A stretch of 64,000 bases of DNA from Octopus bimaculoides (GCF_001194135.2 NC_068999.1:36904554-36968553), one strand, 5' to 3'. Positions 1 to 13,209 are shown, counted from the first letter of the stretch. Notes: generated from the letters alone by a model not told the origin. Numbers and translations: made by a program.

Positions 1-1353
1 TTGGTTATGTTTTTACAAATACACAAAATCTTTCAACATTTTTGTTTATACAATTCCTAATAATAATAATTATTGATTACAGAAATATAATGTGACCTTT
101 TTAAACATCAAATGGCTGTGAGAGTCCAGTAGAGTAAAATAGGAATCAAAGAGATCCATAGGCAAAAAAAATGGTTGAGAACCACTGGGTTAAGCCCTTC
201 AAGACAGTGCTCCAGCATGACCATGGTCAAACAATAGGTCTCCCTTCTCCTTACCTTGTTATCTAAGAGGAAAAACTGCCAATTTAGGTTGATGCAGCTT
301 CACACCAGTGTCATGGCAGGCTTTGCTGTCAGAATGCAAAAAGCTGGAACAGATACTGCAAAGCATCTTATCCAACCCTCTAGTAGTTCTGCCAGTCCTT
401 GGCAAGATTTGAACTTAGAATATAGAGAGAGTTGGAGCAAATATCCAAAACTCTAATGACTGCCAATTCATTGTCATAGTTGGCAATTTGAGGAAATGGT
501 AATGGTGATGATTTACCGTTAAGGTGATTAAGAAGTTTGCTTATCAACCACATGCTTTTGGTTTTAGTACTATTGTGTGGCATCTTTAGTAAGTGTCTTC
601 TATTATGGCCTTGGGCCAACCAAAGCTTTGTGAGTAGATTTAGTAAGTAGAAATTGAAAGAAGCTCATAGTGTGTTTCTTTGTGAAAAATAGTTGTTAAA
701 TGGTTATAATGATATATATGAGCACCACTTTAAAAAGCACCCTTTACACTGTCAAGTGATTAATGTTAGGAAAAGCATCCAGTCATAGGAATCCTGCCAA
801 AACAGACAGGAGCACTTTGTCAAGCCAGCCAGCCCATGCCAGCATGGAAAATAGATGTTAAATAATGATTTTTTATCTATTTGTGTATACACAAACACAT
901 TTGTGTTTCCTTGTCTTGACATCATGTGGTAGTTGTAAAATAAGTGTCAGTCATTCATTTCTAATATTCTGAGAGAACATGTCCGGTCATGAGGAAATAT
1001 TACCTTGCTTGGAAACAGGTGAGGGTTGATGATAAGAAAGACAACTGTCCATATAAAAATTTACCTCAATAAAACTCTGTCTAACCCATGCTGGCATAGA
1101 AAAGTGGACGGTAAACAATGCTGTTATTTCTATCTGGTGAAATGACCATATCCAGTTCCTTCACTGACTCATATGACCTGTTTTTACTTTACTCTTTATA
1201 GATATTTCACTTTCTTCAAACACTTATTTTCTTGGAGAATAGTCATAAATATCACAGTTCCCTTTAAACTTATTCTGGTAATATAATTAAATAAAATACT
1301 CTCATTACTGCTGGTGTTTTAGAGTGTTTTTTAAAGGATTTGTTGTTTTCTAG

Positions 1354-1481
1354 GTATTTGGTTCCCGAGTGAAAGTTGATGCCATTTCTAAAGTTGCAGA
1401 ACTGGAGGTAGCAGAAAGAGAGAAGATGAAGGATAAAGTAAATAAAATATTGAAACATGGCTGTAATGTCTTTATTAACAG
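1354..1481 (+). CDS. CCT2: CCT2 (T-complex protein 1 subunit beta) internal exon; upstream exons lie outside the window
   Basis: ttctag|GTA...AAC AG|gtggg; encodes [43 protein letters not shown], matching the CCT2 apical domain. Confidence 0.97.
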
Positions 1482-2287
1482 GTGGGTTACAGTGTTTCTG
1501 TGTATAAAATATATACAAGAAGCCTATTGTGTGTGTGTCTTTGTGTCTATCCCTACTACCACAACTGGTATTGGTGTGTTTTACATCCTTGTAACTTAGC
1601 TGTTCAGCAAAATACACTGATAGAATAAGTACCAGGGTTAACAAAATTAAGTACTGGGGTCGATTCATTCAACTAAAACTTCTTCATGGTGGTATCCCAG
1701 CATGGCCACAGTCTAATGATTGAAACAAGTAAGAAATAAGATATTAACTATGACAGATTTCTTTCAAGAGGTGAGTTATAATTTCTGTGTATGTTATATT
1801 AGCTATTGCTGTAATGTTTTTAACAACTCAGTCATTCTGTGTGTGTGCATTTTAGTCAGCAAAGGTTACAAAGTAACTCAAAGATCAAAAGTTTTGCACA
1901 TGGCATTTGTCACTTCATAACTTCTATTAAAAATGAAAATAAAATGTTGTTTACTCGTGTTATTTATGTCATACATACAAATTTATTAACTTCTGGACAA
2001 GAAATAAAATCGTTTTTTAACAGTGGAACTCGAGGTAGATGAAGCTATAAATAATAGCATGTATATATTGGGTTTAAAAAAATAAATCTTTGATACAAAA
2101 ATTCAAAGGCTACCCATGGGAATTTAACCCACATCTGAAAACATGACAAGCATTCTACCAGATGTAGGTCTGTATCCCACAGGCAGTCTTTGACTTTTTC
2201 TATCCAAGTGTTTTTTTTAACCCAATATATTTTAAAGCTTTATCTACTTCAAGTTTCACCATTAAAAGGAATTCATATACACATGTG

Positions 2288-2413
2288 TTTGAGTTCTACC
2301 TCACTTGTTTGTACTACCAAACCGCTGTGTATGTGTATAGTGAAGTTATAGTATCATTGACAGGTCCGATGAGAGGTTCTGTTTTCTGTTCTTCAGTATG
2401 TTAGTGTACATGT
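2288..2413 (+). ncRNA. Candidate intronic box H/ACA snoRNA in CCT2
   Basis: Hairpin 1 (TCACT 2301-2305 / AGTGA 2339-2343), H box ATAGTA 2348-2353, hairpin 2 with an 8-bp basal stem CATTGACA 2355-2362 / TGTTAGTG 2399-2406, ACA 2408-2410; folded by eye. Confidence 0.45.
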
Positions 2414-2521
2414 TTCTTTATGTTAATGTCTGTTATATTGTGTGTAATCTGTATGCATCCTTCCTCTGTCTATACCATGTCATCACTACACTATTATCAA
2501 GACTGTCATGTTATATTCCAG

Positions 2522-2625
2522 ACAACTTATCTACAACTACCCTGAACAACTTTTCTCTGATGCTGGTGTCATGGCCATTGAACATGCAGACTTTGAAGGG
2601 GTTGAGCGCTTGGCTCTGGTTACAG
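2522..2625 (+). CDS. CCT2: CCT2 exon
   Basis: ttccag|A CAA...ACA G|gtagt; (R)[34 protein letters not shown](G); phase matches previous exon. Confidence 0.97.
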
Positions 2626-3502
2626 GTAGTTATTTGTTTTTATTCTGTTAGAAGCACAATGTTCTCTGTCTCACACAGCCAGAGCATGTTTTAATTGGGA
2701 CTTCTACTTATCTATGGTTTAGTTTAAAATATTTGAATTAATCTTCAGCATCAGTTGCCTCTATTGTATAGCAACCAGTGATTAGGCTTCAGCCATGTTT
2801 GAGACAGAGGTGCATGGCTTAGTGGTTAGGGTGTTGGATTCACGACTGTAAGATTGTGGTTTTGATCCCTAGACCAGACGATCCATTGTGTTCTTGAGCA
2901 AAACACTTCATTTCACATCACTCCAGTCTACTCAGCTGTAGAAATGAGTTTAGCTTGGAGATGGCTTTGCCGGGCTTGCTCACCCTAGATACGCTGCATG
3001 GCTGCAGTGCTCCAACAACCCCTTAAGGGGTTAAGGGACTTGTCAATTGTCATATTGAGACACTAGCTTCTAGTTAAATATGTTGATCCAAATATATATA
3101 TACACACACACATGTTTCAATGACTTCAGACTGAGACACAGAAAGTTCTGGGCATGAATCAAACTTGGAACATGGTGGAAAATAGTCAATTATTGCAAAA
3201 TAATTTTATCTAGCGCTCTGTTGATTCTACCACCTATTCATTGTATATCATTGCTACACTTCCCTATTTGGTGCATTCAGCAGTCGTTTGTTTTGCTAAT
3301 ATTGATATCCATTTAAGATATTTTCTGCAACACACACACAGCAAATTTCTTTCTTCAATTTCTTAAGCAGTCTCATAGAGATGTGGAAATCCCTAATTGA
3401 AAAGCACTATGTTACTTATGTAATAAGCCACAGTTCAGTTACCTCCTCTCTTTAATTAAACAGACTTTTGTAAGCATTACAAATGGTAAATTCTTGTTTC
3501 AG

Positions 3503-3610
3503 GTGCAGAGATTGTGTCAACCTTTGATGCTCCAGACTGTGTCAAAATTGGTCACTGTGACATTATAGAAGAAGTTATGATTGGAGAAGATAAGTTGATC
3601 AAATTCTCAG
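3503..3610 (+). CDS. CCT2: CCT2 exon
   Basis: tttcag|GT GCA...TCA G|gtaac; [36 protein letters not shown](G). Confidence 0.97.
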
Positions 3611-4447
3611 GTAACTTGTGTTGAATATTTAGTATACTTTTTTTAGTAATTTTACTGTAGATTTATCAATGATTGGCAACTGAAAATTGAGAATATCTTG
3701 GATTTGATTATTTGGATTTAATCTTTGGAAATAAACTCAAGTGTTTAGAGTTTTCCATCTTAATAGAAGAAACTGCAGTGAATTTGTTGATTTTGCCCTA
3801 TCAACCCTGATCAAATAAATGTATAATCAAAGGTGTTGTTATGGCTGTTTTTGGGGGGTTTTTTTCTCCATATGTAATATAGTTAGGTGCTGGTAACATA
3901 AAGGACACCCAGTACACTCTGTAAAGTGGTTGGCATTAGGAAGGGCATCCAACCACAGAAACCAAACCAAAACAGACTGTAGTTGTTGCAGTTCTCTGGC
4001 TTATCAGCTCTGGTCAAACCATCTAACCCATGCCAGCATGGAAAACAAATGTTAAATAATGATGATTCAATCCATCTTTCTCTTTAAGGTAGTAGTGTTG
4101 GTTTACGAAAATTTGCTCTTCTTGCAGCTCAGACAGCCACATTTGGCCTTGTGAATTTGTCTGTGAGAGTAATTATAGCTGCAAATATTTCTGTGAGGTG
4201 GGCCGGGGCCTGGAAAGTGTTCCCCTATTTACTATACATTTGCTAAGGAACAGCTATACTTAAAGGTGTTTCTTTTACTGAGAACACCAAGGACATTTCA
4301 TCAGCGAATTGAATGTTCAAAATAGGAAGGTAAATTATCAGCAACACATCTTTTAGGGAAGTGAGTAACAATTATGTTCAATAGGCATGCAGAGTGCTTT
4401 GTTATTTGTTGTCCTGAATTAATGTTTGGTATGTTGTTTTGTTTCAG

Positions 4448-4588
4448 GTGTAGCTCTTGGTGAAGCATGTAGTGTTGTTCTGCGTGGTGCTACTCAACAG
4501 ATCTTAGATGAAGCAGAAAGGTCTCTCCATGATTCTCTATGTGTACTCTCACAGACAGTCAAGGAAACTAAGACTGTTCATGGCGCAG
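4448..4588 (+). CDS. CCT2: CCT2 exon
   Basis: tttcag|GT GTA...GCA G|gtttg; [47 protein letters not shown](G). Confidence 0.97.
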
Positions 4589-5923
4589 GTTTGTAGATTT
4601 TTTACTTTATGCAGTAACGCACAAACTCATGTAATGAATTAATGCATAAATGTTTTATTCCATGTACTTTCTTTAATTTTCTAAACTGGTTTCACTTTTC
4701 TGATCATAGTTGAAGGGTAATAATTAGTATATTGTATACAATCATTGAGTTCAGGAGAGCAAATAGTGTTATAGTAGTGATAGACAAGACAGATGGGATG
4801 CAACTAAGGAGTATGTCGGTATTGTGTGTTTGCAATTGAAGTTGAGTTTATCTTCTATAAACAGTAGCAGGTTGTGTGATTTTAACAATTTTGCTCCACA
4901 ACCATGTGGTTTTCCATGGATTCATTTGTCAGCACTAAGTGAAATGATTGCATTCTTTGTTGATGTTACAAACCATTTGTTCTCAGCTTTCAAAGATTCT
5001 TGGAATTAAAAAAAAAACCCTATGTTAGGAGCAGGTATTAGCTGGTGATAGGAAGAATAAGCAACTGTAAAATCTTGCCTCAACTCCCTTTCAATCTCCT
5101 ACTGACATGGAAAAATGGACATTAAGCCAACAGAAAGCATGTAAAATGTTGGTTATCTTAGACACAAAACTGTACATATGTAAGGATGATAGAGGTGGAA
5201 GCATAGCTGTGTGGCTGAGAAGCTTGCTCTGCAACCATGTTGTCTTGGGCAAGTGTCTTCTATTGTAGCCTTGGGCCAACCAAAGCCTTGTGAGTGGATT
5301 TAGTAGATGGAAACTGAAAGAAACCAATATCACAACAGAATTGAGATCCTAAAACCAAGGTAAGGTGCCAGTTGAAAAGCACCTGCGATGGTGCCACATA
5401 AAAAGTACCCAGTACACTGTGGAGTGGTTGGTGTTAGGAAGAGCATCCAACTGCAGTAACCAAGCCAAAACAGACTACGGAACCTGGTACAGCCCCTGAA
5501 CATACCAGTTCCGGTCAAGCCAGCCAACTTATACCAGCATGGAAAGCAGGCATTAAATGATGTGTTAGTGTGTACTCTTGTCTGGACATCATGTGATGTT
5601 TGTCAATGAGCAAGTTTGTTCATTTCCCAATCTTCCATGCAAAACATGCCTAGCATATGGGAAAATATTACATTGCTTGAAAACAAGTGAGGATTGGCTA
5701 TAGAGAATCTACCTCCACAAAATTGTCTGATCTATGCAAGCAAGGGAAAAACGATAAATGATTAATTAATTCTCAATACATTACTGGTAGTTATCAGTCC
5801 CAAAAAAGATGAAAAGTAAGTCCTTCTTTGCAGGATTTAAAAGACAAAATAATTTTTTTTTTTTAAATCCCACAAAAGTCACATTTTACGAATTCTTTAA
5901 TTTCGCTGTTTCGTATATTTCAG

Positions 5924-6027
5924 GTTGTAGTGAAATGCTAATGGCAGAAGCTGTTAGTAATCTTGCTGCTAAGACTCCGGGCAAAGAAGCTGTTGCTATG
6001 GAAGCATTTGCTAAATCTTTAAGAATG
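5924..6027 (+). CDS. CCT2: CCT2 exon
   Basis: tttcag|GT TGT...ATG|gtaag; [35 protein letters not shown]. Confidence 0.97.
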
Positions 6028-6151
6028 GTAAGATATTTTAGTAAACACTTTCTTTTATTCTTTTTGTAATTCTAGTTATTACTGAATTTATTTTTATGTT
6101 TTAATGTGGCCTTTTAACATTTTTCTTTTTACTCCACCCTTTGAATTTCAG

Positions 6152-6251
6152 ATCCCTACAATAATAGCTGATAATGGTGGGTATGACAGCTCTGAACTTG
6201 TCACACAACTCCGTGCTGCACACACACAAGGCAAAGTTACTTATGGTCTTG
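6152..6251 (+). CDS. CCT2: CCT2 exon
   Basis: tttcag|ATC...CTT G|gtaag; [33 protein letters not shown]. Confidence 0.97.
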
Positions 6252-7454
6252 GTAAGTCTTACAACATGTCAACTTGTCATTTTCTCCCTCCTTCCTTTCT
6301 GCTTTCTTATATTCATTATATCTTTATTATAGTCTGTAGCCCCAGATTAGTCCTGATCCATATCAACAGTTTTCCAGTTGTGAACATCTTGTAAGTCAGG
6401 GCAGACTGGCCCTCATGCCGGTGGCATGTAAAAGCACCCACTACACTCTTAGAGTGGTTGGCATTAGGAAGGGCAGATCAGATTGGAGCCTGGTGCAGCC
6501 ATCTGGTTTGCCAGTCCTCAGTCAAATCGTCCAACCCATGCTAGCATGGAAAGCAGACGTTAAACAATGATGATGATGATGTTGGCTTCATTTCAAGTAC
6601 TACTACAAATTATGGTTAACATTCACCTTTCCATGCTGGCATGGGTTGGACATCTCATCCAGGTTGGTAAACAACAAGGCTGATAAAGAAGCCTTCCAGA
6701 AATTGTTCAACCTGCTTGAAATAGTAGCCATATCTCCTTCGAACCACACTCTACTGTCTTAAGGAATTACATAATGGACAATGTAGTCCTAGATATACAA
6801 AAGCTGGGTGGTCATACCTGGAATGCCTTTGATCATTGGCCTACTGAGCTCAGCTAAACAGCAACAATCTTAGGTATGTCTGTCTGTTTATTGGAGCTCT
6901 TGTCTGTCCAAGCTATGCTCTTCAGAGTATTCAAACTCCTCATTAGTAAGCAAGCTAAGGTAAAACATCAATCTATCATTTCTATGGTTCTTCTAGTTTG
7001 GTGTCTTGATAACTTACATTACTTCTAAGATCAGAGTTGTGAAGTACCTGTTATATTTTCAAAATTGTTCCAATTTTGTAATGGAAGAATGGACTATCAT
7101 TGATTGATTGATTACTAATTTATCTATTAATGTTCCTTCAGAGTATTCTAGCCAACCGCATGCTGGAAGCTACTGAACTGATGACAATGGTCTATGTGAT
7201 CCCAACCAATTGACATTGGCGCTTCAGTCAGCAGGCCAACATCATATTGACTATCTGTACTTTCATAAGCTTATTTTTAATATAGAAAACAAGGACTTTT
7301 TATTGAAAACCTCTGAAAGTAATTACTTGTACAATTTCCTGGCAGTATTGGTTTTTCTGTGTGTGTATGCACTTGCATGCTAAATGTGTTTCATCAAAAC
7401 TAAAAACAAAACAGTTGTTAACTCTCGTGCTTTTATTTCAATTTCTTTTGACAG

Positions 7455-7627
7455 ACATGAACAATGGTGTGATAGCAGACATCTCAGTTCTTGGAGTGAC
7501 TGAATCATTGAAGGTGAAACGCCAGGTGTTGACCAGCGCATCAGAAGCTGCCGAAATGATTCTGCGAGTTGATGATATTGTGAAGGCTGCCCCAAGGAAA
7601 CGACAGCCAGATATGCGCCCTCATTAA
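7455..7627 (+). CDS. CCT2: CCT2 terminal coding exon
   Basis: gacag|AC ATG...CAT TAA; [57 protein letters not shown], a typical CCT2 C-terminus. Confidence 0.97.
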
Positions 7628-7844
7628 GTCGTTAAATTAGACTGTTTCCAATTATTTACTACTACTATAATTATTATTACCACCAAGCCTATTTTGTGTT
7701 CATTGTTTTTGCTTCTGTCTTTAACTGTGCTATCCAGTTGGTCACATCCTCGGCTCATTGAGAACAACAGACTTCAAGTGACATGATCCAAGCTATAGTC
7801 ATGTTCTCTGCTTTTCATACCATTAAAATATATATATATACACC

Positions 7845-7850
7845 AATAAA
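7845..7850 (+). promoter_or_regulatory. Probable CCT2 polyadenylation signal
   Basis: AATAAA about 220 nt after the stop, followed by a GT/T-rich tract (ttgtgtttttacttttttgtt). Confidence 0.6.
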
Positions 7851-10800
7851 TTGTGTTTTTACTTTTTTGTTCAGGCACTTGTTTTGTTCTTTTTTACTGT
7901 TTCTCATAGTTGAGGTGGGGGTGAGGATACAAACTTCCTTAGTTAATGAAATTATGATGGCTTTAAACATTTTGAACATGTTCAAAGGAGAAGAGTTACA
8001 TGGTGCTTATTTTCTCATCGTTAATAGAGTGAAGAAGGGCAAAAATGTTTCCCTATTATCTGGTGGAAAGTGGAGCTGGCGTTTGTTTGAGAATGTGGAT
8101 GACGGAAGAGAAAGGAAACAAAAACAAGAGATCTGGATATTATCTTCTGAGGAGTAGCAGGCACTGCTGTGTGAATATCTAGGCAGGCACTGCCTGGGAG
8201 AAACTGAGGGTATGAAGAGTAAAAAGTGTGAGAGGCAGAGTGTGGTCTACCTCTAATTTTGTTTCTACCTTCCTACCATCTTCCAGTTCTTTCCTTCTAC
8301 TCCTATTTTCCATCTGCCTCTCCTTCACATCCTCTTCCTCCACTTATCCTTTTTCTTTGTCTTCCATTTCCTCTTTTTATATTCCTACCTCCTCCTCCTG
8401 AAACTTCCATCTCCTTTTCTATGATATATTTTTGTGTAGGCTTCACATTCAATCAATCACATCTGTAAAAGCCATGTGGAGATATATGGCCATTTTGTAG
8501 GGAAACAATCACCATTGCCATCAGTTTTAGATTATCTGGTTATCAGCACCTGAAATATTCTTCTCCAAGGCACAGGTTTGGCCAGAGATTAGGTGGGGTT
8601 TTTCCTTGTTTGGTTGAGAAGTTTGCTTCCCAACCATGTGGTCTTTGATTTGGTCCCACAGCAGAGCACCTTTGGTAAGTGTATTCTACTATGACCCCTG
8701 GCTGATCTAGCTTTGTGAATAGATTTCGTACACAGAAACTGAAAGACACCTGTTTCACATGCATGTGTTTGTGTCTTATCTTGACATTGCATGATTGTTG
8801 AAAAATGTATGTTATTCATTTCCAATATTCTGCAAAAACAATATTGGCTGCCTTAATTCCACATCCATATCTGTGTCTATGCACACAACTTTAAAAAATG
8901 CTCATGTACCATTTGTTTCACCAATAATGAGATAACAAGGAAACCCGTACACAGTTGCTTGTGTGAAAAAAATCTAAGAGCACTATTGGTAATGTAAAAT
9001 CCAGTACATGTTGCATGATCAGATCTTCAGTGACTAAACTGACAATACTAAAACCTCGATAAAGAGGATGAGCTTAAGACATACTATATCAAGCACAACC
9101 AGAGTCCAAAAATGCAGCCCTACCATGTATAATCAAGTACTGTTCTATGGCTGATAATCTTGAATAGTGTGGACTGCTAGCACTGTTACGAACAGCAACT
9201 GCATTCTCAATTGAGATTATTCAGGTAACCTGTTCTGACATTCAACAATGTCTATCAAAAACAAATTTCCGGTGGTTCCATGTTAAACAAAAATTGTCTT
9301 CTGTAATGATCAAAATAATTGGTGACATCAGACTCGGGAGGAATAGTTTTCTTCATACTACTAGTGGAATAGAAAACCCATTTTTGATAGGTGAACTTCT
9401 GCCACAATTTAGGTTTAAGTAACTCAAGCAGTTGTAAATTTGCTCACAAGTTGCAGGACTGCTTGGTTTGCTTTTTAAACTGTCTTTCAATCTTGTGCAC
9501 AGTGATTTACCTGTAAGCAATATTGATAAAGGATCTGAATAGGCAAAGGTCCTCACAAAAGCCCAGAACAACCATTTCGAGCGTGGCCGTTGCCAGTATC
9601 GCCTGACTGGCCTTCGTGTAGGTGACACGTAAAAGCACCCACTACACTCTCTGAGTGGTTGGCGTTGGAAGGGCATCCAGCTGTAGAAACTCTGCCAAAT
9701 TTAGATTGGAGCCTGGTGTTGCCATCCGGTTTCACCAGTCCTCAGTCAAGTCGTTCAACCCATGCTAGCATGGAAAGCGGACGTTAAACGATGATGATGA
9801 TGAATGCACAGTATCTCAAAAACTTGGATTTGAGTGAGGCCTTCACTTGCACTTTACAAGATCTCAGAGATAACACATCATGGGTGGAGTCATAGTCTTT
9901 ACTCTGATGAGTTGAGAACATGCCTCAAAAAGCCTACATTTGGGGACAAGTGGACAAACTTCATCTTCCTACCAGAATGAGAGTGGCTCATAACTGATGT
10001 CTCAGCCACTCGATTTCTATAGTTTTATTTCGGTAAGAAATGGTCAGTAACTAGTTACTACCAAGTGGAAGTGTCAAAATACCAAAACATTGTGGAACAA
10101 TCATTAACATAGTTGCAGGCGTAGCTGATTAAAAAGCTTTGGTTGGCCCGAGGCTATAGTAGAAGACATTTGCCCAAGGTGCCACACAATGGGGCTGAAT
10201 GCAGAACCATGTAGTTGGTGAGCGAGCTACTTACCACACGGTCACTCCTGATCCCTGTAACATAGTGGTTCAACAGAAGAGACTCAATAAAATAAGTACT
10301 ATACTAAACAAAAAGTACTGGTGTTGATTTGTTTGACCAAACCTTTCAACATGGCCACACTCCAGTTAAGGAAACCAGTCAAAGGTAAATGAAAAATTCA
10401 TTGCAAAAGCAATACTTCATTCTTGTATTTGTTCCAGTCATTTGACTGCAGCCATGGCTTTTAGTCAAAAGAATCAACCCCATTACATATTTCTTTTTAG
10501 TCTGGTACTTATTCTATCAGCCTCTTTTTGCCGAACTGCTAGGTTACAGGGATGTAAACACACCAGCACTGCTTGTCATGGGGGGGGGGGACAAACACAC
10601 ACACACATATGTATGACGGGCCTCTTTCAGTTTCCCATCTACCAAATCCACTCAAGGCTTTGGTTGGCCTGAGGCTATAACAGAGGACACTTGCCCAAGG
10701 TGCCACACAGTGAGACTGAACCTAGAACCATGTAGTTGGGAAGCAAGTGTCTTAAACTCTCACAGCATTATAGAAAACATGACTGGCTTTCTGAACATGC

Positions 10801-10929
10801 AGTCCTGGTTCACAAAACTGATGTTGTGCAGCATATTAACATCACCATCACTCAACAGGTTCCAGTACATTAACAGTTGATGTTAAGGATATTGTCCAAG
10901 ACCAGAGTTTCATAGTTTTCTTCAACTTA

Positions 10930-11260
10930 CTGCTGTCCCTATTTACAATCTGTGGTTGAATAAATGTTACCACAAAATTTTAACGCATCAAAACTCTGTA
11001 ATGAAAAAGGTGTCAGAACTTATGTGGCCCATGTGATCAAAGCCACCATTATGACTGGTTGTGTTAAAGGAAATGTTTTCATTCCACACATTCCATCATC
11101 CCATTAATTATGTCATTTCATGTCAAGTGCCTTCAGCTTCTTGTGATTCTGTATTTTTCTATGACTATCCAGTTTCATGGAAAGTCCCTCAAGGTTGCTG
11201 GTGTTGAACTGAAAAGTTCATGTTACTTTCATGGTCAGCTCTATGATGTATGCTGACATT
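10930..11260 (+). mobile_element. Helitron helicase (Pif1-like) fragment
   Basis: Frameshifted HVIKATIMTGCVKGNVFIPHIP...FSMTIQFHGKSLKVAGVEL...HGQLY. Confidence 0.7.
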
Positions 11261-11836
11261 CTGGGCCAAGCAGACATCTTTTCATCTGAACACCAAACAA
11301 CAAAAGCTGAAATGTTGTCTACTGCAGAGATTGAATGAGTTTCTATTAGAATTGCTTTTGTTCGAAGTAGTAATAAAACACCATTCCAAAGACTCCACAT
11401 AAAATAGAAATGTGGGAATAATTGAAACATGCGCTTGCATTACAATAAGAATATATATTATTGTACTACATGTAAACTTGCTAAAAGTCATTTAAGTTTT
11501 ACACAAAAATTGTTTCAATATATTCAGCACTCAAGCCATACCAGGTACCTCTGTCTGTGTGTGTACATGTGTTTGTTTTACGTTTACACTACTTTTAACA
11601 ATCATTGCCAAGTAATCTATTGATTTGACAAAGAGATGTCCATAGATTAAACCTTCAAAGCCTGTGGCTGCAGTCCAATAAGAGAAAAAAAGATTGCATA
11701 TCATCATCATTTTAATGTCAACTTCTCCATGTTTGCCTGGGTCAGATGGAATTTGCAGAAAATAATTTTCTACAGCTGGATGCCCTTACTATCGCTGACC
11801 TTCTCCTCTTTCCAAGTTAGGTAATTTTTTACCCAT

Positions 11837-12232
11837 GGAGTGGCTGTGTGGTAAGTAGCTTGCTTACCAACCACATGGTTCTGGGTTCATTCACACTGCA
11901 TGGCACCTTGGGCAAGTGTCTTCTACTGTAGCCTCGGGCCAACCAAAGCCTTGTGAGTGAATTTGGTAGACAGAAACTGAAAGAAGCCCGTCGTATGTGT
12001 GTATATATATGTGTGTGTGTGTGTATATGTTTGTGTGTCGGTTTCCCCCCACTCCCAACATCGCTTGACAACCAATGATGGTGTGTTTATGTCCCTGTAA
12101 CTTAGCGGTTCAGCAAAAGAAACCGATAGAATAAGTACTAGGCGTCCAAGGAATAAGTCCTGGGGTCGATTTGCTCAACTAAAGGTGGTGCTCCACCATG
12201 GCCACAGTCAAATGACTGAAACAAGTACAGAG
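11837..12232 (+). mobile_element. SINE family A (tRNA-like head, central TA/CA microsatellite); copies include 16352-16680, 30031-30403, 46150-46500, 60080-60530 (+) and 10440-10760, 37790-38225, 38690-39010, 62165-62490 (-)
   Basis: ggagtggctgtgtggtaag...ggttcagtccc head; conserved gaagcccgtcg, atcgcttgacaacc, gactgaaacaagtaaaaga blocks; boundaries approximate. Confidence 0.85.
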
Positions 12233-12469
12233 AGTATGGCTTGATATGTTTTTACAGAAGATTAGGAAGGGAAGACAACACTTGCAATCATGCCGTGCCA
12301 AGACAAGGAGACATGAACTCACACAAATGTACACACACACACATACATACATACATACAATACAATTACAAAGAATATGGAGACAGGTACATCTTCAAAT
12401 TTATCTAATAATTAAACAATAATACACACGCACCTGCATACACAGACACACACACATACATATAAACAC

Positions 12470-12524
<55 letters not shown>

Positions 12525-13209
12525 NNNNNNNNNNNNNNNNNNNNNNNNNNNNNNNNNNNNNNNNNNNNNNNNNNNNNNNNNNNNNNNNNNNNNNNNNNNN
12601 NNNNNNNNNNNNNNNNNNNNNNNNNNNNNNNNNNNNNNNNNNNNNNNNNNNNNNNNNNNNNNNNNNNNNNNNNNNNNNNNNNNNNNNNNNNNNNNNNNNN
12701 NNNNNNNNNNNNNNNNNNNNNNNNNNNNNNNNNNNNNNNNNNNNNNNNNNNNNNNNNNNNNNNNNNNNNNNNNNNNNNNNNNNNNNNNNNNNNNNNNNNN
12801 NNNNNNNNNNNNNNNNNNNNNNNNNNNNNNNNNNNNNNNNNNNNNNNNNNNNNNNNNNNNNNNNNNNNNNNNNNNNNNNNNNNNNNNNNNNNNNNNNNNN
12901 NNNNNNNNNNNNNNNNNNNNNNNNNNNNNNNNNNNNNNNNNNNNNNNNNNNNNNNNNNNNNNNNNNNNNNNNNNNNNNNNNNNNNNNNNNNNNNNNNNNN
13001 NNNNNNNNNNNNNNNNNNNNNNNNNNNNNNNNNNNNNNNNNNNNNNNNNNNNNNNNNNNNNNNNNNNNNNNNNNNNNNNNNNNNNNNNNNNNNNNNNNNN
13101 NNNNNNNNNNNNNNNNNNNNNNNNNNNNNNNNNNNNNNNNNNNNNNNNNNNNNNNNNNNNNNNNNNNNNNNNNNNNNNNNNNNNNNNNNNNNNNNNNNNN
13201 NNNNNNNNN
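12525..13209. other. Assembly gap; others at 20935-21082, 26838-26847, 28328-28683, 29678-29687, 39071-39365, 41981-42831, 48396-49116, 54593-54837, 60267-60276
   Basis: N runs, most flanked by (AT)n or (CA)n microsatellites. Confidence 0.99.

Noticed and set aside
4270-4320. Minus-strand CTGATGA...GAAAC...GTA
   Set aside because: Stems I and II do not pair
8990-9560. Possible RT fragment on the minus strand
   Set aside because: Only vague similarity (LSILLTGKSLCTRLKDSL); no diagnostic motif readable
9895-9950. CTGATGA-GTTGAG..CTCAA hairpin resembling a hammerhead
   Set aside because: No GAAA core, no stem III/NUH, no stem I; at best a dead relic
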